IMG/VR virus record: IMGVR_UViG_3300000970_000005
Span: 1 to 36,482 of that record
Strand: one strand, 5' to 3'
Origin: a virus
DNA: 36,482 bases
Shown: positions 10,088-16,120 of the stretch, in pieces
Layout of the letters: every line of letters starts with the position of its first letter
Numbering within the stretch: position 1 is the stretch's first letter
The notes under the pieces: model-generated
Seen by the model: the letters and a program-made list of their open reading frames with translations, nothing else
Databases searched by the model: none
Told to the model about the DNA's origin: nothing
Program-made: the position numbers and the translations under genes

Positions 10088-10652
10088 CGAAGATCATCGC
10101 TTGCACAAGGTTGGCGAAAACGTGGATTTTTGGTGGAAGGTAGTGCGTGCAATTGTTGGTTTTGTTGGATTGGTGGGATTGGCGTGGGTTCAGTTTTTAG
10201 GACCGGGGCTCAAATCTGGGATGCAAGAGTTCATCGGGATGCGTGAAGTCATCAATCGCATTGAATTCATTGAGGCATATATGCCAGCGCCGCGCGTTGT
10301 GGAATGGGACGAAACACGTTCACGTCAAAATGGTGATTGCAACACAGACAAGTGTGTATACATCCTGACAGGTTCGCGAACAGAATACGGTGAGACGTGT
10401 GGGCGTCCGACTAGCGCAACACCTTTCCTTAGAACCAAGGATGGGCAAGTTGTTCAAATTGAATATGATGGGTTTACGCCTGTAGAACTTGGGCGTTCCC
10501 CACGCACATTCCAAATTCCTCTTGCAATGCCATCATTCATTCCGCCGGGGGATCATGCGTGGCGAACGCTCATTGAATATCCGACATGTTCGGGAACGCG
10601 CGATGGGGGGCAACGCTTTACTCCTTGGTTTCCGATCACGGTATCAGATTAA
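10077..10652 (+). CDS. Membrane-anchored protein of unknown function, the last gene of the lysis cassette
   Basis: 11-nt overlap with the o-spanin stop. It has one N-terminal TM (VVRAIVGFVGLVGLAWVQFL) and a Cys-containing extracytoplasmic domain. No family was recognised. Confidence 0.55.
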   Translation: MSNSEDHRLHKVGENVDFWWKVVRAIVGFVGLVGLAWVQFLGPGLKSGMQEFIGMREVINRIEFIEAYMPAPRVVEWDETRSRQNGDCNTDKCVYILTGSRTEYGETCGRPTSATPFLRTKDGQVVQIEYDGFTPVELGRSPRTFQIPLAMPSFIPPGDHAWRTLIEYPTCSGTRDGGQRFTPWFPITVSD

Positions 10653-10910
10653 CCCCCATTTCCACGCTTCAAACTTGTCAAGCATAGCGTCCCACCTTTG
10701 CGCGGCCGCGCCTTCCGTGTCCAGTTGTTTACGGGTGGTGATCCCTAACAGGTAGCGCACGGCAAAGGACGCTTCGCCCGGTGTGTTCACCCCTATCCAT
10801 GGTGCATCATCGGGAACCCCATCCTTGACGCCGGGTTCTGATAGTTCGGATTGCAGGAAAGCGCGGAAGCGTCCTTCACTGCACATGATTGCGCATCGCC
10901 GGGCAGTCAT
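10644..10910 (-). CDS. Hypothetical protein (88 aa)
   Basis: The ATG at 10910 forms an ATGA overlap with the stop of 10907..11260. The longer listed ORF start at 10976 would overlap the upstream gene by 70 nt. The 3' end overlaps the convergent gene 10077..10652 by 9 nt. Confidence 0.5.
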   Translation of the reverse strand: MTARRCAIMCSEGRFRAFLQSELSEPGVKDGVPDDAPWIGVNTPGEASFAVRYLLGITTRKQLDTEGAAAQRWDAMLDKFEAWKWGLI

Positions 10911-11260
10911 CGCTGATCCACCACAGTTGCGCGCGCCCATGCCGCGCCTTCGATTGCCTTCTGTGGATCGCGCCATGATCTACGCCCGGCGCGTTCCCGG
11001 TTGTCTTCATACTTCCAATACATGCAAAGCCGGGTGATCAGGAACAAGACCCGCGCCTTCTTTGCTAAGTCGCGATCATGGCGGTTGATCATCATCAGAT
11101 CATAGAGTTGTTGTCCGCGTGTGGTTCGGCGGTTGTTGAATTCGATACGGCAAGACGGGGAGCAGTATTCCGCATCTTTGCGTTTCGCCTCATAGGACGC
11201 GCCACAGACAACGCAAGAGCGTTTTCGGGTGCTGGTGGTGCTTACAGATGTTACGGTCAT
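10907..11260 (-). CDS. Small zinc-finger protein (CxxC...CxxC)
   Basis: The product contains SCVVCGASYEAKRKDAEYCSPSCR, a four-Cys motif, followed by a basic helical region. It lies in the leftward early operon. Confidence 0.6.
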   Translation of the reverse strand: MTVTSVSTTSTRKRSCVVCGASYEAKRKDAEYCSPSCRIEFNNRRTTRGQQLYDLMMINRHDRDLAKKARVLFLITRLCMYWKYEDNRERAGRRSWRDPQKAIEGAAWARATVVDQR

Positions 11261-11286
11261 GTTTGACCCTTTCCTTATAAAAGAAT

Positions 11287-11685
11287 TTATTTTTTATTCA
11301 GGTTTTCGCCCGGCTTCACAAGAAGCTGAAGTGATCGGTGCGCACCCTCTTCCGTGCGCTTCACGATCCCCTTGCGCTCTAAAGCGCGAATGACTTGGAC
11401 AGCATTGGACCGATCATGAAAGCCGCATCCTTGCCGGATTTCTTCTAGCGTTGGTGACTTTCGGTTCGCGGTCATAAACTTGAACAAGAATTCCTGAACC
11501 TGCGCTTGGCGACGTGGCAACCCGGTTGCCTTCAGTTCCGGTGCAAAGTCCCACATCATCTGATAAATCGCTTGGGCCAATCGCTTGGCCCTAGCTTCTG
11601 TGTTTGGTTGGCGGTGAAGAATGATGTTATAGGCCGCTTCCACCATGTCAGTTGTTGGTTGGCGGGGTAGAGCCTTACGATCCAT
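11287..11685 (-). CDS. LexA-type winged-helix DNA-binding-domain protein lacking an S24 peptidase domain
   Basis: LPRRQAQVQEFLFKFMTANRKSPTLEEIRQGCGFHDRSNAVQVIRALERKGIVKRTEEGAHRSLQLL follows the LexA N-terminal domain pattern (LT.RQ.EV..FI....P.T..EI....GF.S.NA....L.AL..KG.I......R...LL). The start was chosen at MDRKAL (11685), which overlaps the upstream stop by 11 nt. The ATG at 11646 is an alternative. Confidence 0.7.
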   Translation of the reverse strand: MDRKALPRQPTTDMVEAAYNIILHRQPNTEARAKRLAQAIYQMMWDFAPELKATGLPRRQAQVQEFLFKFMTANRKSPTLEEIRQGCGFHDRSNAVQVIRALERKGIVKRTEEGAHRSLQLLVKPGENLNKK

Positions 11686-12325
11686 CGCCTTGATCCCCGG
11701 TCCCAAACGCTTCTTTAAAATTGGCGTCATTCTCTTGATCAACAGCCTTTGCGGTTTGGGCCAATTCATCCATGATCTTCTTGTCATCCTTGAATAAGTG
11801 GCGGACATCCTTTCCATCATCGCTGTTGTACCATTTACGGAAGGCGTCAGTTCCGCATGACGCCGCGTTCCGTGCGGTTTCGATTGCGTCATCACGCGCG
11901 GCGGGACCGGTTTCCGGTGCGCTGTTTTGTTGCGGTTCAAGCCGATGGATCGTCACAGGTTTTTTGACACCGCGCGTCACAGTCAACGGGATCGTAAGTT
12001 CCTGCGCGTCAATGTGGCTTAGGTGGCTGATGCGGATACCGCCAACAGCTTGCCCACCCCATTTCACTTCTGGGTCATTGAAGAGCGTCATGGATCGCCC
12101 GACATATTGGCTTCCATCTGGCCCCCATGCGCGCACCAGAACCCGGCGCACGGACTTGCACGGTTTGAAGGGCTTGCCGTTATCCCCTTCATAGTTGATC
12201 ACGATGGGCTGATCTTTGCTTTCCAGCATACGAACCCCGGTGATCGTGACTGTTCGGGGTGTGGCGAGGTCATCAGCGTTTAGCTGATCGCTTTTCGCCA
12301 GAATGGTTTTCGAAAGATCGGTCAT
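11675..12325 (-). CDS. Putative ssDNA-binding or annealing partner of the exonuclease (OB-fold-like N-terminus). Function is uncertain.
   Basis: 4-nt overlap with the exonuclease gene. The N-terminal beta-rich region (TVTITGVRMLESKDQPIVINYEGDNGKPFKPCKSVRRVLVRAWG...WGGQAVGGIRI) resembles a common phage family found beside recombination genes. It does not look like RecT, Erf or Bet. Confidence 0.5.
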   Translation of the reverse strand: MTDLSKTILAKSDQLNADDLATPRTVTITGVRMLESKDQPIVINYEGDNGKPFKPCKSVRRVLVRAWGPDGSQYVGRSMTLFNDPEVKWGGQAVGGIRISHLSHIDAQELTIPLTVTRGVKKPVTIHRLEPQQNSAPETGPAARDDAIETARNAASCGTDAFRKWYNSDDGKDVRHLFKDDKKIMDELAQTAKAVDQENDANFKEAFGTGDQGDGS

Positions 12326-13071
12326 GCTAAAATCTCCTGACTGTGATCAATCCATTCAACGGGGATGATCCGGTTGTCATCATCAGCCATGGCCGCTTTG
12401 AACTTGCGGACGCATTCTTGAACTTGCTTTTCAGCGACCTTGGCCGCTTCCGCGATCTTGGTTTGATAGATCGGGATCGGAAGCACGCGGATCACCAGCA
12501 TGTTGAACCCGTTGGAATAGCTGGTGAAGTCGCACCATTGGCGACCCGTGACCCATAGCCCGGTTTGAACCTGAAGCATGTATTCGCGCGGGATCACGTC
12601 ATCGTTTTCATCAGCGATGTGTTCAATGATCGTTTGCATCTGGAACTTTGGATCACGGCTCTTGTTTTCCATCATACCAAGATCACCAATCAGGCCATCA
12701 GGCGAGAACCCAACAGGAAAGCCAAGTGATCGGTTGATGACGAAACCGCATTCCGAAACGTCTTCATATTCGTTGGCGTATTTGATGCGCGCTTCCACCT
12801 CTTCCAGATGACCGCGTTCCATCGCGTAGGATTGAAAGTGATCTTCAGGAAATAGTCCAGCGCGCAATGCAGCAAGTTGATAGATCGCGGTGCGGGTGTC
12901 CTTGTTATTGGCGATCTTCAAGGTTGCCGGGGTGATCAGGCTGTTCATCATGGAACCCGTGATCATGCCCCGGCGTAGGTCATGCCATTCTTGGGAACCT
13001 TGTGTCAGGCGGTGGTAATATTCGACATCCCCGATCCGGGTGATGTCTTCATGTGGAAGTGGTTGTGTCAT
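12322..13071 (-). CDS. YqaJ-like (lambda Exo-type, PD-(D/E)XK) recombination exonuclease
   Basis: The GSQEWHDLRRGMITGS motif is typical of YqaJ. ERGH..E, SPDGL and ENKS fit the catalytic D...E.K arrangement. SD AAGGA lies upstream. Confidence 0.8.
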   Translation of the reverse strand: MTQPLPHEDITRIGDVEYYHRLTQGSQEWHDLRRGMITGSMMNSLITPATLKIANNKDTRTAIYQLAALRAGLFPEDHFQSYAMERGHLEEVEARIKYANEYEDVSECGFVINRSLGFPVGFSPDGLIGDLGMMENKSRDPKFQMQTIIEHIADENDDVIPREYMLQVQTGLWVTGRQWCDFTSYSNGFNMLVIRVLPIPIYQTKIAEAAKVAEKQVQECVRKFKAAMADDDNRIIPVEWIDHSQEILA

Positions 13072-13144
13072 ATGATTTCCTTTGTTGCTGTTTCATGCGT
13101 TGGCGCATGGTATCAGGGCGGACACGCCGCCCATCACCGATGCG

Positions 13145-13405
13145 TCAGTCATCCCCTTCCATCACGGGTTCAATGGATTTCAGCGCGGCAACAAAAGCGG
13201 CGGCGCGGGTGTCAGCTTCATCACCTTGACCGAAAAAAAGCGTCATGCGGGTGTGTGTTGTTGAACCCGTAACCGAAGCAAAATTTTGTTCTGTGCTTTG
13301 ATAGACAGTCATGGTCACGGCGTTTAAATTCTCTTGTGTGTGTCGTTCAATTTTGATGCGGGAAACATCGAAGATATCGAAACCAAGCGTTGTGTGAATT
13401 TGCAT
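13145..13405 (-). CDS. Hypothetical early protein (86 aa)
   Basis: The ORF is tightly packed in the leftward operon, 2 nt after the upstream stop. No motif was recognised. Confidence 0.5.
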   Translation of the reverse strand: MQIHTTLGFDIFDVSRIKIERHTQENLNAVTMTVYQSTEQNFASVTGSTTHTRMTLFFGQGDEADTRAAAFVAALKSIEPVMEGDD

Positions 13406-13407
13406 GA

Positions 13408-13668
13408 TTAAACGTTCCTTTTTTCAATGCGGTAATACGTGACGGAACCATATTTCGCGCCATACGCTTGGCCGAATAACTTGGTGTCCAGTTCTTCTTT
13501 TGTGGCGGCTTCTTCCCACATGCGTTCATTCGTGCCTGTTCGGATTGCGGACGCGCCCCACCATCGCTTGTCAGGATCGGGCGCAAGGTTCCCGTCTTCC
13601 TTGGCGCGGTCATGCTGATGATCGCCGCGTTCAAGATCAGCTTCTGTGTTTCCAAACTGATCCCCCAT
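13408..13668 (-). CDS. Hypothetical early protein (86 aa)
   Basis: The start at MGDQFG (13668) makes a TGATG overlap with the upstream stop. The longer listed start at 13707 would overlap the upstream gene. Confidence 0.5.
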   Translation of the reverse strand: MGDQFGNTEADLERGDHQHDRAKEDGNLAPDPDKRWWGASAIRTGTNERMWEEAATKEELDTKLFGQAYGAKYGSVTYYRIEKRNV

Positions 13669-13934
13669 CACACGTATTCCTTTGCGGCGGACACATAGCC
13701 ATTGCAAGCCATCGTGAAGGTTGTCCCGTTGTGCCGGATTTTCACGTGTGTGTTGTTTTCAGTCGTGGTCGAATGAAACAACGGGGCAAGCACGTGTTCC
13801 AATTGGCGAACAGTTCCCTTGAATGTCAAAGCGAGAAACCCGCCTGTCTCGGATTGCTTCAGAATGCGTTGCCTTAACACGCCCGTGTTGAATTCATCCG
13901 GGCAGTTGGTAAAGCGATCAAAATACAGTGTCAT
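13668..13934 (-). CDS. Hypothetical protein, first gene of the leftward early operon (88 aa)
   Basis: SD AAGGA lies 8 nt before the ATG, and the gene is immediately downstream of a TTGACT-17-TATCTA promoter-like element. Confidence 0.55.
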   Translation of the reverse strand: MTLYFDRFTNCPDEFNTGVLRQRILKQSETGGFLALTFKGTVRQLEHVLAPLFHSTTTENNTHVKIRHNGTTFTMACNGYVSAAKEYV

Positions 13935-13961
13935 GTGTGATTTCCTTGTGTTGCTAAATGC

Positions 13962-13990
13962 TAGATAAATTCACAACTTCACTAAGTCAA
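13962..13990 (-). promoter_or_regulatory. Sigma70-like leftward early promoter candidate (TTGACT-N17-TATCTA)
   Basis: On the minus strand the -35 TTGACT is at 13990..13985 and the -10 TATCTA at 13967..13962, with a 17-nt spacer. It sits in an AT-rich divergent intergenic region about 25 nt upstream of the ATG at 13934. Confidence 0.45.
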
Positions 13991-14011
13991 TCAAAAAAGT
14001 ATTTTCAGATT

Positions 14012-14046
14012 ATCTTTTTGGTATCTTAAAAAGATTACCATAAAAC
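14012..14046 (+). promoter_or_regulatory. Candidate rightward early promoter (TTGGTA-N17-TAAAAC) overlapped by an 8-bp-arm inverted repeat
   Basis: TTGGTA is at 14018-14023 and TAAAAC at 14041-14046. The inverted repeat ATCTTTTT (14012-14019) / AAAAAGAT (14028-14035) spans the -35 region and spacer. The consensus match is weak. Confidence 0.3.
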
Positions 14047-14063
14047 CAATGTTAGGACATATC

Positions 14064-14480
14064 ATGCACAACTCTAAAATCGTTCTCCTGATCAACGATG
14101 ATGTCAGGTTGATCAAAGGCGCTTATGATGAAGGCGCTACACCAGAAGTCTTCAAGACCATGGATCAGGGTATTGTGAAGGATGATTTCTGTGTTGTCGA
14201 AAGTGGAACGCGCCACGGAATGACAACGGTGAAAGTCACAGAAGTCGACATCGACATCGATTTTGACAGTCACCATGAAGTCAAGTGGGTTGTTCAGCGC
14301 ATCAACAAAGAAGACTTCGATGATCTTCTTGCGATGGAAAAAAATGCAATTATCAAGGTTCAAGAAGCTGAAAAGCGGCGGCGGAAAGCTGAACTTCGCG
14401 ACAGCCTTTTCCGCGATCATGAGGATCAGATGAAAACACTGGAACTGACAAAGCTGTCAGAAGACAGCGTTACCGAATAA
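14064..14480 (+). CDS. Hypothetical early protein (138 aa) with an acidic centre and a basic coiled C-terminus
   Basis: It is the first ORF of the rightward operon. The ATG at 14064 has AGGA upstream, and the ATG at 14049 is an alternative. No family was recognised. Confidence 0.6.
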   Translation: MHNSKIVLLINDDVRLIKGAYDEGATPEVFKTMDQGIVKDDFCVVESGTRHGMTTVKVTEVDIDIDFDSHHEVKWVVQRINKEDFDDLLAMEKNAIIKVQEAEKRRRKAELRDSLFRDHEDQMKTLELTKLSEDSVTE

Positions 14481-14518
14481 GTGTGTAACCTAGTGCCTTA
14501 GACCCCATAGGAGCGCAC

Positions 14519-14542
14519 TTCCGAACACATGCGTGTTCGGAA
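14519..14542. other. Perfect 10-4-10 palindrome TTCCGAACAC-ATGC-GTGTTCGGAA, either an operator or an RNA hairpin
   Basis: The arms at 14519-14528 and 14533-14542 are exact reverse complements. It lies 39 nt after the stop of 14064..14480 and is not followed by a T-run. Confidence 0.8.
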
Positions 14543-14573
14543 TGTAAGTGAAGAAACATTCACTTCGTGAACG

Positions 14574-14632
14574 GGGTCACACCATCGGATTAACATGGGG
14601 TTAAAGGGCGAAGTTTCCCGATGGTGTGACCC
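14574..14632. repeat. Inverted repeat with perfect 15-bp arms and a 29-nt spacer
   Basis: GGGTCACACCATCGG (14574-14588) and CCGATGGTGTGACCC (14618-14632) are exact reverse complements. The spacer contains a nested 5-bp stem (TTAAC/GTTAA). Confidence 0.8.
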
Positions 14633-14637
14633 GATCA

Positions 14638-14659
14638 ACAGGACATCGACAGGACATCA
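14638..14659 (+). repeat. Tandem 11-bp direct repeat ACAGGACATC(G/A) x2 immediately upstream of the ATG at 14663
   Basis: Read directly from the sequence at 14638-14648 and 14649-14659. It is flanked by ATCAACA at 14634 and 14656, which are 22 bp apart. Confidence 0.8.
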
Positions 14660-14662
14660 ACA

Positions 14663-14836
14663 ATGGCTCATTGTCGAAAATGTGGAAGTAAACGAATGAC
14701 CCGACGCCGGGCTGGTGAATACTTTTGCCAACGTTGTGGGATGCAACCCGGACAACGGCAATTTGACAGAACGGGAACCATTGATGTGGTTCCGTTAAGG
14801 TTGATTAAGGATCATAAAAAAAATGGCACAAAATAA
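14663..14836 (+). CDS. Small zinc-ribbon protein (57 aa, below the ORF-track cutoff)
   Basis: Manual translation gives MAHCRKCGSKRMTRRRAGEYFCQRCGMQPGQRQFDRTGTIDVVPLRLIKDHKKNGTK, with CxxC...CxxC. It overlaps the next ORF by 14 nt. Confidence 0.45.
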   Translation: MAHCRKCGSKRMTRRRAGEYFCQRCGMQPGQRQFDRTGTIDVVPLRLIKDHKKNGTK

Positions 14837-14999
14837 TGACAAGGTTTCAATGCAACTACGCCTTCCGGCCGATCTGGATGCGTGGTTTGTGCAAGAAGCA
14901 CATCGCCTTGGTGTGGCGAAACACGCAATGATTGTCATGGCCTTGCAGGACACGCGATCCGAACGCACAGCGAAGGTAGCGACAGATGCGCAGGGGTAA
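14823..14999 (+). CDS. Ribbon-helix-helix (Arc/CopG-like) DNA-binding protein (58 aa)
   Basis: Manual translation gives MAQNNDKVSMQLRLPADLDAWFVQEAHRLGVAKHAMIVMALQD... This shows the beta-strand (VSMQLRLP), helix, G, helix pattern of RHH proteins. It overlaps the next gene by 14 nt. Confidence 0.55.
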   Translation: MAQNNDKVSMQLRLPADLDAWFVQEAHRLGVAKHAMIVMALQDTRSERTAKVATDAQG

Positions 15000-15441
15000 G
15001 CCGGGCGGATATCGGGGCAAGAAATTCGTTTCTGGATCGTCAATAGGCGCGCGATCCAAGAAGGTCCGCATGTGCAATGGTTGTGGTTGTCAGTATCGGC
15101 CGGGGGAAAAGCCTGAAGTCTGTTTGTCATGTGGTGGTTTGGCGTTCACCACGTTTGACAGTGCCGGGGAAGCTGGACGGTGGGCAACGCTATGCCTGTT
15201 AGAAGGTCAAGGCAAGATCACCGATCTGAAGCGTCAAGTGTCTTTCAATCTGATGGCGGCGCGTCGGATTGATGGTCACTTGGTAGAAGCTAAAGTTGGC
15301 CGATACATCGCAGATTTCCAATATGTCCGCGATGGTGAAACCGTGATTGAAGATTACAAGGGCGCTGCGATTGATCCGCTTGCGGCTTGGAAACTTCGAC
15401 ACATGGAAGCGATGGGGCTTCCGGTAAAACTCACAGGATAA
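14986..15441 (+). CDS. DUF1064-family protein (putative recombination or junction endonuclease) with an N-terminal zinc ribbon
   Basis: FDSAGEAGRWATLCLLEGQGKITDLKRQVSFNL...YIADFQYVRDGETVIEDYKG follows the DUF1064 pattern (FDSKKEA.RY..L.LLE..G.I..L..Q..F.L....Y.ADF.Y...G...VED.KG). A CNGCGC...CLSCG motif lies upstream of it. Confidence 0.7.
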   Translation: MRRGKPGGYRGKKFVSGSSIGARSKKVRMCNGCGCQYRPGEKPEVCLSCGGLAFTTFDSAGEAGRWATLCLLEGQGKITDLKRQVSFNLMAARRIDGHLVEAKVGRYIADFQYVRDGETVIEDYKGAAIDPLAAWKLRHMEAMGLPVKLTG

Positions 15442-15453
15442 GGAATTCAAGTC

Positions 15454-15789
15454 ATGGCGAAAGATGAAAAATCAGCCGATCCCATGCATGGATCAAACAT
15501 CAAAAAGCTGAAGGAAGACGCGCAAAGGGGTGTGCAAAAGATCAATCAATTGAAGGATGACCGAACCGCGATCAATGAAGAGATTGCAGCGGTTAAAGCT
15601 GACCTTCAGGCAAAGGGTATTCACAAAAAAGCGTTGGATATGGCGATGACTTACATGAACATGGACCCGGACAAGCGCGAAGGCTTTGACGTCTCCTATG
15701 ACATCGTGCGGGAAGCCATTGGATTGCCTGTCAAGGCGCAAGGCGATCTGTTCGAAGGCAAAAAGGAAGACGGTTCTGATGACGAATGA
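15454..15789 (+). CDS. GapR / DUF2312-like nucleoid-associated DNA-binding protein
   Basis: IKKLKEDAQRGVQKINQLKDDRTAINEEIAAVKADLQAKGIHKKALDMAMTYMNMDPDKREGFDVSYDIVREAIGL parallels Caulobacter GapR (QLKSIIDRVERLE.EK..I.E.IKEVYAEAKGNGFDVKVLKKVV..R..D...R.EEDAILDLYLSAIG). Confidence 0.65.
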   Translation: MAKDEKSADPMHGSNIKKLKEDAQRGVQKINQLKDDRTAINEEIAAVKADLQAKGIHKKALDMAMTYMNMDPDKREGFDVSYDIVREAIGLPVKAQGDLFEGKKEDGSDDE

Positions 15790-16111
15790 ACCTGATTATC
15801 AGGTCAAAGACGCGGCTGAAGATGATAAGGCCGCGTCTCGCCTGAAGAGCAAGACCAGAACCATTGAACAAGCTGAAAAGCGGATTGCCGGGGTGCTAAT
15901 TCAGGTCATGCCAAAACGTGATCTTGTGGTCTTTGAGTGGCTATGCCACGCGACAGGCAAGAAGCCGGGCAAGATCGCTCTGGAAATGATCCGCGCCGCC
16001 ACGATCAAAGAGCGACCAGCTTACCGGGAAGCAATGGGTCAGGGTGGCGGATCATCACAGAACCTTGAAACTTTAAGTGAACGTCTTCCGGTTCACAAAG
16101 TCAAAAACTAG
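15779..16111 (+). CDS. Hypothetical protein (110 aa)
   Basis: The ATG at 15779 overlaps the upstream stop by 11 nt. The listed start at 15686 would lie inside the GapR-like gene. Confidence 0.5.
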   Translation: MTNEPDYQVKDAAEDDKAASRLKSKTRTIEQAEKRIAGVLIQVMPKRDLVVFEWLCHATGKKPGKIALEMIRAATIKERPAYREAMGQGGGSSQNLETLSERLPVHKVKN

Positions 16112-16120
16112 GGCAAACCA

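Noticed and set aside
13094-13132. Two short hairpins (CATGCG/CGCATG and GGGCGG/CCGCCC) between 13145..13405 and the exonuclease gene as a terminator or attenuator
   Set aside because: The stems are only 6 bp and no T-tract follows on the transcribed (minus) strand. They are indistinguishable from chance structure.
13935-14063. A canonical alphaproteobacterial SOS box (GTTC-N7-GTTC) or Cheo-type box (GAAC-N4-GTTC) in the early control regions
   Set aside because: I found none in the divergent promoter region by eye. GAAC-N4-GTTC at about 25443 and GAAC-N5-GTTC at about 19522 are inside coding sequence and isolated. Only the non-canonical GAAC-N8-GTTC dyad at 14519 is reported.
14481-14662. 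A tRNA gene (GTGTTCGGAAT resembles a T-loop)
   Set aside because: No acceptor stem, D-arm or anticodon arm can be drawn around it. The 10-bp and 15-bp stems are incompatible with a cloverleaf.
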